Notes: a model not told the origin generated them from the sequence alone. Counted from the first letter of the stretch, positions 15,041 to 24,093 are shown. The stretch is 32,000 nucleotides of DNA from Acaryochloris marina MBIC11017 (GCF_000018105.1 NC_009925.1:810001-842000); one strand, 5' to 3'. A program made the numbers and translations.

Positions 15041-15291
15041 GTGCCTCTTTCTGCTCACTCCCCCCAAACGTAAGAAATCACTCTTGCTGAAGGTTGGCTT
15101 CTCTGTGGTTCAAAAAATATAGTTTTATCGATAGAAAAGCTATCCCTATTTCCCATCGATTGGGGTAAAAACAACACCTTAATTTTTCTGAATGACTCCT
15201 GAATTAAACTGTATTTTTTCTGACTGACGGTTCAACGATAGTAAGGACAAGTTAAACAACTTGATTCTTTTACTAAATGAGGTTCTGAATA

Positions 15292-15573
15292 ATGTCTACT
15301 ATCCTAAACACTCCCGCTAAAGTTGTCCTCAGCGCTGGGCTATTCTCTCTCGTGTTGATGACATCTACTGCACAGCAGGGCATGAGTAAAACAACGGAAC
15401 TCCAGCACCCTTTAATCACAACCAGTACACCTGCTTCAACTCGGCTGGAACATCTCTCCAAGGCAAGTGATGAGTCTTATGCTGAGTCAGAGAAACTCGA
15501 ACGTGATGCTCTACATGAGACTCACTCTTTAACGAAGATTGAAGGTCAAAAAATAGCTTTCTACTGGTGGTAA
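15292..15573 (+). CDS. Small secreted hypothetical protein, 3' end truncated by the IS630 insertion (the stop codon is formed at the insertion junction)
   Basis: 93-aa ORF, ATG at 15292 with GAGG upstream. Signal-peptide-like AKVVLSAGLFSLVLMTSTAQQ. The TAA stop at 15571-15573 is made of the TA target duplication plus the first IS base. Confidence 0.5.
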   Translation: MSTILNTPAKVVLSAGLFSLVLMTSTAQQGMSKTTELQHPLITTSTPASTRLEHLSKASDESYAESEKLERDALHETHSLTKIEGQKIAFYWW

Positions 15574-15666
15574 GTAGCCAAGCCTTAAAAATTGTCTGTA
15601 CGTAAAGGCTCATGAAGCAGCGAGCCGTGATGGGAATCTCAACCGTTTTGCTTCATAGTTTCCCGC

Positions 15667-16273
15667 TTACGCTCTAGCCTTCACGCCATCCATCACCGCA
15701 TAGGCTAAATCCAGCTCATGCTCAAACATTTGCCCCCTCAATTGGTGCGCTTTGAGCTGGTGCCACTCTGTTTCTCGGATTCATCTGTGAACAGTATTTG
15801 GGCAGAAAGAACAAATAGAGCCCTTGGGTTTGCCACTGTGTCCATTTTTGCTTCGCTTTGTTGCAAGTATGACTAGAGCCATTGTCTTGAACGATGACCC
15901 GAATTCGTCCAGTTTTATCCAGTTGTTGTTGGGCCTGGCATGCTTGTTCATCCATTATTTTGATGTAACGGTCGGCATTAAAACTGCCGACAACTAGCCC
16001 ATAAACAAAGGTCGTCAACGGTTGGAGAAGCCCCAAAATACTGATACGTCTTCCCTTACGTTTAGTCTGTTCCATCCGCTTTTGCTCTCCCTTGAAGAAA
16101 TAGCTATATTCCACGGGCATCCATAGGCAAAAACCAGACTCATCCAGGTAATACAACTCAATCTCTCCACTCGCTGCTGCCCACTGCAACATCTCTAAAT
16201 CAGCGAGTTTGATAGCTTTCTTAACAGGGTCTTGCTTATTGCGGTGACTATGACGAGTTCGTTTCCAGATCAC
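15667..16273 (-). pseudogene. IS630-family transposase, ORF B (DDE catalytic part), frameshifted just before the catalytic Glu
   Basis: YYLDESGF and VQDNGSSH carry the two Asp residues. At about 15775 the frame breaks: AAT CCG A GAA ACA GAG TGG. The listed ORF then reads NPRNRVAPAQ..*, while the shifted frame gives the expected NP(I)ETEWHQLKAHQLRGQMFEHELDLAYAVMDGVKARA* and ends at 15667. Confidence 0.75.
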
Positions 16274-16686
16274 CCCCTTTTTTTGAGAATCTGCCTAATG
16301 CGGTCTGCACTTAAGTGAACGTTACGCTCCTTCGCCAGTTTCTGGGACAGTTGTTGGCTATTGTAGGTGCGTTCTTCCTGACGCAAACAGGTTTCAAGAT
16401 ACTCGATATCCTCGGGGTTCCAACGTCGCTGAGCACCCGGATGTGGTGCATCCCATAGCCCTCCTAATCCCTTCTGTTGCCAGCGATGAAGGGTTTGGCG
16501 AACGGTCCGAACATTACACTGGAATAGGGCTGCAATTTTCTCTACATACATCCCCTGATGACTCAATCGAATCATTGCGGCTCGATCTTTGACCCGTTGG
16601 GGGACTGTTGTTGCTGTCCTCAGTTCAAATAAGGTCTGTTCTTCTGAGCTATTCAATAAAGTACGTAATCGGGCACCCATCCTCAC
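16270..16686 (-). CDS. IS630-family transposase, ORF A (N-terminal HTH DNA-binding part)
   Basis: 138-aa ORF with GTG at 16686 and a likely ATG at 16680. HTH-like segments are present ([39 protein letters not shown]). It ends ILKKRG* inside an A7 run. Confidence 0.85.
   Translation of the reverse strand: MRMGARLRTLLNSSEEQTLFELRTATTVPQRVKDRAAMIRLSHQGMYVEKIAALFQCNVRTVRQTLHRWQQKGLGGLWDAPHPGAQRRWNPEDIEYLETCLRQEERTYNSQQLSQKLAKERNVHLSADRIRQILKKRG
16278..16284 (-). other. A7 run at the ORF A/ORF B junction: candidate programmed -1 frameshift or transcriptional slippage site
   Basis: The minus strand reads CTC AAA AAA AGG GGG TGA. The -1 frame reads ..CAA AAA AAG GGG GTG ATC TGG.., joining ..[15 protein letters not shown].. 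without a stop. Confidence 0.5.
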
Positions 16687-16848
16687 AATCTCCTAAACGA
16701 TAGTGTGGGTAGATTCATTCAACTTCATCTAATTGAGCTTTTCAAGGCTGGGCTACTTATCGTCGTATTCGTCGGTGGTTTTAATATCGTCAATACATTA
16801 TTGATTGAGCTCCCTATTTTTAGGATCAGAGACTTTAAAGGGCTCTGG

Positions 16849-16890
16849 TAACAACCTTCCCACTTAATGAGAAGGTTGTTATTTTGCTTT
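16849..16890 (+). terminator. Rho-independent terminator, plus strand
   Basis: TAACAACCTTC (16849-16859) / GAAGGTTGTTA (16871-16881) form an 11-bp perfect stem with an 11-nt loop, followed by TTTTGCTTT. It lies about 65 nt downstream of the reconstructed stop of the IS-interrupted small gene. Confidence 0.7.
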
Positions 16891-16958
16891 ATGTACCTTG
16901 TTTAAGCGCCACCTTGAACTGGAGAGAGAAGCTAGCAAGGGCGATTTGCTTAGGTTCT

Positions 16959-18758
16959 TTAACGAGATGGTTTTGGTTTTGCCTTCAATTCTGCAGGATG
17001 ACTGGGAGGAATGCCCTTAACGCTAATCAAAGTTTCCAACACTGACTTCACAACCGGAGCGGCAACTGTTGAGCCATAAGCATTGCCCCCCTGCGGTTCA
17101 TCCACTACGGCCAACACCACATATTTAGGAGACTCCAAAGGAAATGAGGCGACAAAGCTGGTAATGCGGGCATTGCTGTAGGTACCACTATCTGCTTTTT
17201 GGGCTGTTCCTGTTTTACCCCCTAAGCGATAGCCGGGAATTTTGGCGGGTTTACCCGTGCCGTTTTGGACAACGCTGCCCATCATAGTCCGAACTTTGGC
17301 GGCTGTATTTTTCGAAAAGATGCGTCGGGGTTGAATTAGGTTTAATCCCTTGGTTTTCTTGCCAGCAGGGTTATACAGACCATCGACCACATGGGGAGTT
17401 ACTAACTCGCCCCCATTAGCGATCGCGGCATGGAGCTGCGCCATTTGTAGAGGCGTTACCGAAAATCCTTGGCCGAAAGCTGCGGTTGCTGCTTCAATGG
17501 GATAGTCTAAAAACTGCTGCTTATCCTTAAACTGGCCAGGGGTTTCAAAGGGAAGATCAGTACCCGTAATTTGGCCAATCCCAATTTTTTTCAGGTAATT
17601 GTAGTAAGCCGATCGATCCATCCGCTGCATGACATGAACCATGCCCACGTTGCTGGAATATTCCAAGATGCCAGTAATGGAAAGGTTGCCGTGACCTGAG
17701 TTGTCGGCATTATTAATTGGCCAGCCCCCTACGGTAATTTGACCGCCATCATGGAAAACACTGTCGGCTTTGATGGCATTGGATTCTAATGCGATCGCAA
17801 TATTGATCGGCTTAAAGGTCGACCCTGGCTCATAGAGATCCGAAATGGCCCAGTTTTTAAACAGCTCGGTATTCGCTTCAAAATAACGCTGGGGATTAAA
17901 GGAGGGTTCCGAGGCCAAAGCCTTAAGGGAGCCATCCTCAACATCCATCACAATAACGGTGCCTCGCTTAGCGCGAAACTCTGCCATCTTTTTATGCAGA
18001 GCCTGTCGAGCTGACCGCTGGAGTCGGGTATCTAGGGTTAGTTTCAGAGTCAGGTCATTGGCATTCAGGGACTCTAAGGGAAATCGATCCGGTAAAAGCT
18101 TGCCCTGGCCATCCCTCGCTACCAGTAAGGGAATCGGATCTCCCTTTAAGAGAGGCTGCTGGCTATATTCAATGCCAGACTGTCCTTGATTTTCGGTGTT
18201 GACATACCCAACCAGCCCCGAAGTTAGTTCCGATTGGGGATAAACCCGTTGCCATTCCCGAGTAATTTCTAATCCATCTAAATAGAGATTGTTGATTTTT
18301 TCCGCTTCGGTTTCCGACAAGCGATACCCAATTGGAATCCCACTTTCTCCAGTTTTGAATAGCTCCATCAGAGAATCGGAAGAGCGGTCAAGGACCGGAG
18401 CTAGAGCCTGCGCGATTTCATCTGGCTGTTTTTGGAATAAAAAGGGATGGGCAAATAGACGAAAGACCGGTTCATCCTTAGCCAGTAGATTCCCCTGGCT
18501 ATCGACAATCGGATAACGAAAGGTACGTTCAGGCAGACTACCTAGCTGCTGATTTTGGGCTTTTGTTCGGAGAAACGGGGCCGCACTGACTTGCAAATAG
18601 ACTAAACGGGCTAACAAGCCCACAATGCCTCCAAATACCACCAACCAAACAAGAAATAAGCGTAATCGCTGATTTGGAACTCGATGGGGCTGCTTCGTTT
18701 GGATTCGAGCCTTGATTGCGGCCCGACGATCTTGAATGGGGTGAGAGGGAGTGGGCAT
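16959..18758 (-). CDS. ftsI: Peptidoglycan D,D-transpeptidase FtsI (class B penicillin-binding protein)
   Basis: 599-aa ORF with an N-terminal TM segment (LFLVWLVVFGGIVGLLA) and transpeptidase motifs STFKP, SSN and KTGTA. It lies in an rsmH-ftsL-ftsI arrangement. Confidence 0.9.
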   Translation of the reverse strand: MPTPSHPIQDRRAAIKARIQTKQPHRVPNQRLRLFLVWLVVFGGIVGLLARLVYLQVSAAPFLRTKAQNQQLGSLPERTFRYPIVDSQGNLLAKDEPVFRLFAHPFLFQKQPDEIAQALAPVLDRSSDSLMELFKTGESGIPIGYRLSETEAEKINNLYLDGLEITREWQRVYPQSELTSGLVGYVNTENQGQSGIEYSQQPLLKGDPIPLLVARDGQGKLLPDRFPLESLNANDLTLKLTLDTRLQRSARQALHKKMAEFRAKRGTVIVMDVEDGSLKALASEPSFNPQRYFEANTELFKNWAISDLYEPGSTFKPINIAIALESNAIKADSVFHDGGQITVGGWPINNADNSGHGNLSITGILEYSSNVGMVHVMQRMDRSAYYNYLKKIGIGQITGTDLPFETPGQFKDKQQFLDYPIEAATAAFGQGFSVTPLQMAQLHAAIANGGELVTPHVVDGLYNPAGKKTKGLNLIQPRRIFSKNTAAKVRTMMGSVVQNGTGKPAKIPGYRLGGKTGTAQKADSGTYSNARITSFVASFPLESPKYVVLAVVDEPQGGNAYGSTVAAPVVKSVLETLISVKGIPPSHPAELKAKPKPSR

Positions 18759-18779
18759 AAACTTGCAAAGAAGTTGGAC

Positions 18780-19289
18780 TTAATAACCAATCGGAGCAAC
18801 ATCAATATGGGTGATGCCATTTCCCTGAGAAGGCGCAGGCTGAGCCGGACGCGCCGGGGCTGGCTTAAAAAACACGGTCGTCTTAGAACTTTTAGGGACA
18901 AAGCCCGCTGGATTATTTTCTAAGTTTTCAGAAATTTGGAATTTGCGCTCTTCATTGCGGGTGATCCAATCACGCTGATCACGCTGCAGTTCCTCTAGTT
19001 TGGTATATTGATCCCCCCACGATTGTTGCGTATTGACTCGCCAAGCATAGAGGGGCAAAATTCCCAGGACTGTCACCATCAAAATTGGGGTTGACAGCTT
19101 TCGAAACACCATCAATAGTATGAGCCAATTGGGAAATTGGGGTGAACGGGAATCAATGAGATCCAAGGGCTGTTCTTGCCGAGACAAAGTCCTCGTTTTT
19201 CGTCGTCCCTGAGGGGGATGGGAGCGGGCTGAAGAGCCAGCCTTTTTCGATCGAACAGGGACAACTTTAGATCGGCTAGCGACGGCCAT
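18780..19289 (-). CDS. FtsL/DivIC-like cell-division membrane protein (cyanobacterial type)
   Basis: The ORF opens at TTG 19295. ATG at 19289 is preceded by GAGGAG (MAVASRS...). It has a basic N-terminus, a single TM segment (WLILLMVF..ILMVTVLGILPLYAW), then a charged coiled-coil-like segment. Its position directly upstream of ftsI fits this call. Confidence 0.6.
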   Translation of the reverse strand: MAVASRSKVVPVRSKKAGSSARSHPPQGRRKTRTLSRQEQPLDLIDSRSPQFPNWLILLMVFRKLSTPILMVTVLGILPLYAWRVNTQQSWGDQYTKLEELQRDQRDWITRNEERKFQISENLENNPAGFVPKSSKTTVFFKPAPARPAQPAPSQGNGITHIDVAPIGY

Positions 19290-19369
19290 ACTCAACTCCT
19301 CAAGCCCAGGAAATCACCCGGTAATGGGTTCGGAAACTTTGTTTTATAGCAATTTTCAGTGGTTACCAC

Positions 19370-19386
19370 ATGCATTATAAATGCAT
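19370..19386. promoter_or_regulatory. 7-3-7 perfect inverted repeat ATGCATT-ATA-AATGCAT upstream of the ftsL-like/ftsI genes
   Basis: Read directly in the 230-bp AT-rich gap between rsmH and the ftsL-like gene, about 80-100 nt upstream of ATG 19289. Confidence 0.25.
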
Positions 19387-19526
19387 AAATTCATAATTGT
19401 TTCCAGAATACTTATCTTTTGTTCATAGTTTGCATCAAGTTGCTGCTTCCCTATAAATAGAGCGCTTCGTTTATCCTTTGCAAACACTAAACAGGATAGT
19501 TGCAAAACCAGGCGTCATTATATCCG

Positions 19527-20423
19527 TTACGATTCAGCTTCATCTGCCAAAGGAACCCGTTCAGCAAACCGTAGCTTAGCGGAGCGAGAGCGGCTGTTTT
19601 CTCTTTTCTCTTGTTCAGAGGCAACAATCGGTTTTTTGGTGACCACCTGCAGTAGAGAATTCTGACGGAAGTGAATTTTAACAATTCGATCTTCCAGACT
19701 ATGAAAACTAATGATGCCAATTCTGCCCCCTGGTTTGAGCCAGGTAGGCGCAATCTCAATAAATTTTTCAAGGACCTGCAATTCCTGATTAACGGCAATT
19801 CGCAGGGCTTGAAAGACTCGGGTTGCTGGATGAATTCGGCGGCGACGCCCTTTGGCAGCAGGCAGGGAAGACGCCACCACCCGGGCTAAATCAGAGGTTG
19901 TACGCAGGGGACGTTTGGAGACAATTTTGCGGGCAATGCGTCGAGAAAACCGTTCTTCACCATAGTGATAGAAGATGTCGGCTAAATCCCGTTCTGAATA
20001 GGTGTTGATGACATCGGCAGCGGTCAACCCTTGACTCTGATCCATGCGCATATCTAGATCTGCGTCGTAGCGGAAACTAAAACCCCGCTCAGGTCGATCC
20101 AGTTGGGCTGAACTCACTCCTAAATCCGCGATAATGCCGTCAAACCGAAGTTCACCGGGGTGATAGGTGGAGAAATTTCCTTGCCAAAACTGGATGCGAT
20201 CGCAAGCATCATGCAACTTAGCTCGAGCGGCCTCTAAAGCCTGAATATCTTGATCAAGGGCGATCACCTGAGTCTGGGGATATTGGGACAAGATCAAGGC
20301 ACTATGGCCGCCTCCGCCTACGGTGGCATCCAAATATAAGCCCTGCTCCTGCAGCATCAGTCCTGCCATCAGTTCATGGCTTAAGACGGAAATGTGGTTA
20401 AAGGCCCCAGGGTCTGGTGTCAT
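19527..20423 (-). CDS. rsmH: 16S rRNA (cytosine1402-N4)-methyltransferase RsmH (MraW)
   Basis: Typical RsmH sequence: [39 protein letters not shown]. The ORF opens at TTG 20444, but ATG at 20423 is preceded by AAGGGAG and gives [14 protein letters not shown]. Confidence 0.92.
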   Translation of the reverse strand: MTPDPGAFNHISVLSHELMAGLMLQEQGLYLDATVGGGGHSALILSQYPQTQVIALDQDIQALEAARAKLHDACDRIQFWQGNFSTYHPGELRFDGIIADLGVSSAQLDRPERGFSFRYDADLDMRMDQSQGLTAADVINTYSERDLADIFYHYGEERFSRRIARKIVSKRPLRTTSDLARVVASSLPAAKGRRRRIHPATRVFQALRIAVNQELQVLEKFIEIAPTWLKPGGRIGIISFHSLEDRIVKIHFRQNSLLQVVTKKPIVASEQEKRENSRSRSAKLRFAERVPLADEAES

Positions 20424-20651
20424 ATACTCCCTTGAGTTGAACAAGGTACTGTTCTTAGATCTAACCTAAACTTCCAGATTGTACCTGGCTCCTGGCCCAG
20501 GAAATAAACTCAACACAAAGCTGACGATTTGACTGTTTAGCTAAATCAGACAAGATTAAGGGCAGAAGACAAAAAATCTGCTAAAAGAATATTGCAGTCT
20601 TAAGTAAAACTGTTTAGAGTCATCCCCTACATAAAGGGGATACTAATAAAT

Positions 20652-21131
20652 ATGACAGGTAGATAGAGAGCAAAAGCGGGTGGATTCCTCAAGAACTTTG
20701 GCGACTTCCTTATGCAAGGGACTGTCGTAGACCTAGCGGTTGTCGTCGTTATTGATGGAGCCTTTGGCAAGATTATCGGTTCTTTAAGTTTAAGGATATG
20801 ATTACCCCAGATCTGTTAAATCCTGCCATGAAAAAAAGCGGGGTAGATGAGTTATCTAAGTTGTCGATGAACGGCATAAAATAGGGTTCATTTCTCGCCA
20901 CAGTGCTGAACTTTATCGTGATTGCCTTTGTTATCTTTGCTGTTGATCCGGTCCTTTGAACAAACCCGGAAGAAGATGCAGCGCAAGCAAGAAATGGCAG
21001 AAGGAATGACGCCAGATCCTGTTCTTGAGGCAAACGAGCGCTTGATCGCTTCCATCGATCAGCTTAATCAAACCCTGAGGGACGCAGTTAATCCTGGGGC
21101 TGCAGTGCAGTGGGGTCTCCCAACTCTGTAG
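20652..21131 (+). pseudogene. mscL: Large-conductance mechanosensitive channel MscL, pseudogene with at least four inactivating lesions
   Basis: Pieces in three frames reassemble a full MscL: [44 protein letters not shown] / [49 protein letters not shown] / LIRSFEQTRKKMQRKQE.... Compare E. coli [40 protein letters not shown]...[20 protein letters not shown]. Confidence 0.8.
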
Positions 21132-21834
21132 ACCACGGAGTCTGCCGATTTCTACGAGAGCGGGTCAGATGACTAAAGATCATCTGACCAATGGCTTGAA
21201 TCAAGTTACCTTCTACTTCTTTGAACAATTCCATATTGAGCTTAAAAGCCAGGTTAGCTTCATCAACAATGCGGGTGATGGTGGCTTCATCTAGATGCAA
21301 GCTATCCAAAGACTGTCGATAGGTGGCCTTGAAGGTTTTGGGGGTCTGGATATCGTCAAATTCATAAAAAGCGATGCCTTGGCCTTGAGGTAAACTCATA
21401 CCTCTTTGGGCAAGCTTCTTGAGCAGTTGTCCTCCGGAAAGGTCTCCAAGATACCGTGTATAGCTATGGGCAACTAGCAGGATTGGATCTGCGATCGCAA
21501 TATCATTAATTCTGTCAACATAACGCTGGGTGGCATCGGAAGGGGTAATTGCCGTTTGCCACTGAGGTCCCCAATAATAACTGAGATCTGTCGCTAAACT
21601 CTGCTGGCGATATAGCTCTGGAAAATAAAGTTGACTTAAAAGTGGATGATTTTGATGCTGAGTCAGCTGCTCTTCTAGGGCAGTATAGACAAAGTAAAAA
21701 TTTCCCAATAGTTGGCGATAAGACGTTTTCTCAACCACTCCTTTGAGAAAACATTGGATGAAATCCGCATTTTCTGCCAAAGAATGAGATTGTTTCGTCC
21801 CTTCTCGTAGCCGGGTCGCCAACTTACCACTCAT
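21088..21834 (-). CDS. ho1: Heme oxygenase 1
   Basis: MSGKLATRLREGTKQSHSLAENADFIQCFLKGVVEK...AHSYTRYLGDLSGGQLLKK is near-collinear with remembered Synechocystis HO-1. The ORF opens at TTG 21837, and ATG at 21834 is the likely start. Confidence 0.92.
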   Translation of the reverse strand: MSGKLATRLREGTKQSHSLAENADFIQCFLKGVVEKTSYRQLLGNFYFVYTALEEQLTQHQNHPLLSQLYFPELYRQQSLATDLSYYWGPQWQTAITPSDATQRYVDRINDIAIADPILLVAHSYTRYLGDLSGGQLLKKLAQRGMSLPQGQGIAFYEFDDIQTPKTFKATYRQSLDSLHLDEATITRIVDEANLAFKLNMELFKEVEGNLIQAIGQMIFSHLTRSRRNRQTPWSTELGDPTALQPQD

Positions 21835-22175
21835 CAATTTGCAGCCTCTACACGAATCATCATTGGAGTTGGATAAGCAGTGTGAGGCGAAAAGAAATCG
21901 CCTTTACCGGTTAAGCTTACACAAAATTATGAACTTATTTTGCCCCACAGATGACATTAACTAGACAATTCCATCGTCGGATTCCGGATGCTCATCACCC
22001 ATTGATTTTTTCTAAGACCCTTTCTAAGCCTCAGATTTATTGAGCTAAACCATACTTCTATAACCCTTAGTGGGACAGGTTTACCAAGCCTACCCTTTAA
22101 GTGTATTTACTTAGCCATCTGACCTACATCTTTAAGTTTCTAGGAACTTTATAAAAATAAATATTGAAGTTGGAT

Positions 22176-22191
22176 CAATCTTTAAAGATTG
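22176..22191. promoter_or_regulatory. Perfect 16-bp palindrome CAATCTTTAAAGATTG in the long ho1-upstream intergenic region
   Basis: Read directly; the sequence equals its own reverse complement. Its function is unknown. Confidence 0.2.
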
Positions 22192-22431
22192 TGTTACACT
22201 CTTATCCCAATACGACTGGAAATACTTACTGAAATTTCAACTACTGATTGGTAGTTTGCAGTAATTCTTTTCCTAGGGTCCGGGGGAAGCCTAATTGTCG
22301 ATTGAAAGTTTTTTTGTGTTGCGTTTGATCGGCTTTTCGCAATTTTTTCTGCAATGTTTAGCTAGTGCAGCGCAAGTTATCTGGTTTGCTCTTAGAGCCT
22401 CATATCAACCATTCCAATAGCTTCTTTCTTT

Positions 22432-22473
22432 AGAGGCTTTTGCGATGATATCGCATAGGCAAAGCTCTTTTTT
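22432..22473 (+). terminator. Terminator-like imperfect hairpin plus T6 tract inside the intergenic region (possible 3' end of a small RNA)
   Basis: AGAG-G-CTTT-TGCGAT gat ATCGCA-TAGGC-AAAG-CTCT pairs about 14 bp with two bulges and is followed by TTTTTT (22468-22473). No annotated plus-strand gene ends here. Confidence 0.3.
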
Positions 22474-22668
22474 GGTTGTAATTCAATTAATGTCAGTTGA
22501 TTTTAGTTACACCACGATTTGGTTAAGAGTCCTAGAAGGTTCTTGGTAGTGAAATAGGTCAAAAACTATCTCTACTATCACCTTTTTGGTTTAAGTCCGT
22601 AGGATTCTTTTTAATACGCTTTAATACTCTCCTCTCATAGGTAAAACTCGGTTTCTTAGTTAGTAACA

Positions 22669-22896
22669 ATGGCAGTATCTCGGTTTACAAAAGATTTTTC
22701 TGGCTTGAAATCAGCATCGCAGAAGCGATTGCTGACTTTTCTGCAGGAAGAGCTAGCATTGCCGAGCGACTCTATTGGTCTCGCCCTTCGCCACCTTGAG
22801 CAAGATCCAGGACCGTTGCCGATTGTGCTCTGGCAATATGGTTTGATTACTTTGGATCAACTCAATCAAATTTATGACTGGCTGGAAACAACATAA
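22669..22896 (+). CDS. Conserved cyanobacterial hypothetical protein (DUF2949-like)
   Basis: 75-aa ORF, ATG at 22669. The LLTFLQEELALPSDSIGLALRH...PLPIVLWQYGLITLDQLNQIYDWLE pattern is remembered from the DUF2949 family. Confidence 0.65.
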   Translation: MAVSRFTKDFSGLKSASQKRLLTFLQEELALPSDSIGLALRHLEQDPGPLPIVLWQYGLITLDQLNQIYDWLETT

Positions 22897-22938
22897 TTTG
22901 CAAATTTAAGGGATTTGAAACATAGGGTTAGGCAAATC

Positions 22939-24093
22939 CTAACTCCCTTTGAAGATGCGGTGAGCAGCCTCCACACCTGCCCCAACCTGAAATGGATAGT
23001 CTAAATCTTTTAAGGCTGCTTCTATAGCGGCAATGGTAGTAACGATACTGCGATCGCAAACATAACCCAAGTGGCCGATGCGGACAAGCTTACCTCGCAT
23101 ATGATCTTGCCCTGCAGCAATCACCACCCCGTATTGCTGCTGTAGTTTGAATCGAAGGGTTTCTGGCGCCACCTGATCAGGGGCAATGGCAGTAACAGCG
23201 GGGCTAGCTACATAATGATCCGGTACAAATAAAGGCAGGTCCAGGGCGTGCAGAGCGGCTCGGGTTGCCTGCATCAACCGCTGCTGATGGGCAAACATAG
23301 CGGAAAGCCCTTCTGCCTTCATCAGGGTTAAACTCATCTGCAAAGCAAAGAATAAATTGACCGGTGGGGTAAACGGGGTCGTATTCGTCGCTGCATCCGT
23401 GCGGCATTTCCCTAGGTCAAAATAAAACCGAGGGAACCGAGCCGTTTCATAAGCCTGCCACGCTTTAGGGCTGACGCAAACAAACCCCAGTCCCGGCGGC
23501 ATTCGATACCCTTTTTGGGATGCAGAGACCACCACATCCAGACCCCATTCGTCGACGGGAACGGGACAAATTCCCAAACTGGTGACTGCATCGATAATGC
23601 TAAGAGCTTGACCATGGGCTTTGATATGACGGCTAATGGTTTCAAGATCGTTCAGAACCCCGGTGGAGGTCTCGCTGTGGGTGACAATCACTGCTTTGAT
23701 TTGCTTATCCAGATCCGCCTCTAAATGCTGCCGAAACCGTTTTGGATCCAAAGCCTTTCCCCAAGGGGCCGTAATCCGTTCAGTTATCAGGCCAAATTGT
23801 TCACAAACCAGCGTCCAGCGATCGCCAAACTTACCATTGCATCCCACCAATACCCGATCACCTGGGCTCAGAAAATTAATGATGCCAGCCTCCATGGCTC
23901 CGGTACCGCTGCTGGCTAGTATCAACACCTCATTTTGGGTTTGGTGAAGCCATTTTAAATGGACCGTAATATCAGCCATCAAATCCCGAAAATCCTGGCT
24001 ACGATGGCTGATGGGCTGTCTAGCCGAAGCAAACAATACGGGTTCAGGCACTGGAGTGGGACCCGGAATCATCAGCAACAAGGGATTTTCCAT
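22939..24093 (-). CDS. Class V pyridoxal-phosphate aminotransferase (alanine-glyoxylate / serine-pyruvate aminotransferase type)
   Basis: 384-aa ORF. MIPGPTPVP N-terminus, SGTGAMEA, THSETSTGV, and PLP-lysine motif SASQKGYRMPPG. Confidence 0.88.
   Translation of the reverse strand: MENPLLLMIPGPTPVPEPVLFASARQPISHRSQDFRDLMADITVHLKWLHQTQNEVLILASSGTGAMEAGIINFLSPGDRVLVGCNGKFGDRWTLVCEQFGLITERITAPWGKALDPKRFRQHLEADLDKQIKAVIVTHSETSTGVLNDLETISRHIKAHGQALSIIDAVTSLGICPVPVDEWGLDVVVSASQKGYRMPPGLGFVCVSPKAWQAYETARFPRFYFDLGKCRTDAATNTTPFTPPVNLFFALQMSLTLMKAEGLSAMFAHQQRLMQATRAALHALDLPLFVPDHYVASPAVTAIAPDQVAPETLRFKLQQQYGVVIAAGQDHMRGKLVRIGHLGYVCDRSIVTTIAAIEAALKDLDYPFQVGAGVEAAHRIFKGS

Larger units (their letters stand above)
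15573..16757 (-). mobile_element. IS630-family insertion sequence (1185 bp) with imperfect terminal inverted repeats and a TA target-site duplication
   Basis: The left end AGTAGCCAAGCCTTAAAA (15573-) matches the reverse complement of the right end AGTAGCCCAGCCTTGAAAA (-16757) at 17 of 19 positions. TA flanks both ends (15571-15572 and 16758-16759). The interior encodes HTH and DDE transposase ORFs. Confidence 0.85.

Noticed and set aside
20622-20641. Hairpin ATCCCCT-acataa-AGGGGAT upstream of the mscL remnant, sharing an ATCCCCT..AGGGG core with the hairpin at 1343-1358
   Set aside because: There are only two short copies with different loops, which is insufficient to call a dispersed repeat family.
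20773-21131. ORFs 20773-21033 (minus) and 20922-21131 (plus) listed as separate genes
   Set aside because: The plus ORF is the C-terminal fragment of the decayed mscL. The minus ORF is antisense to the pseudogene and has no motifs.
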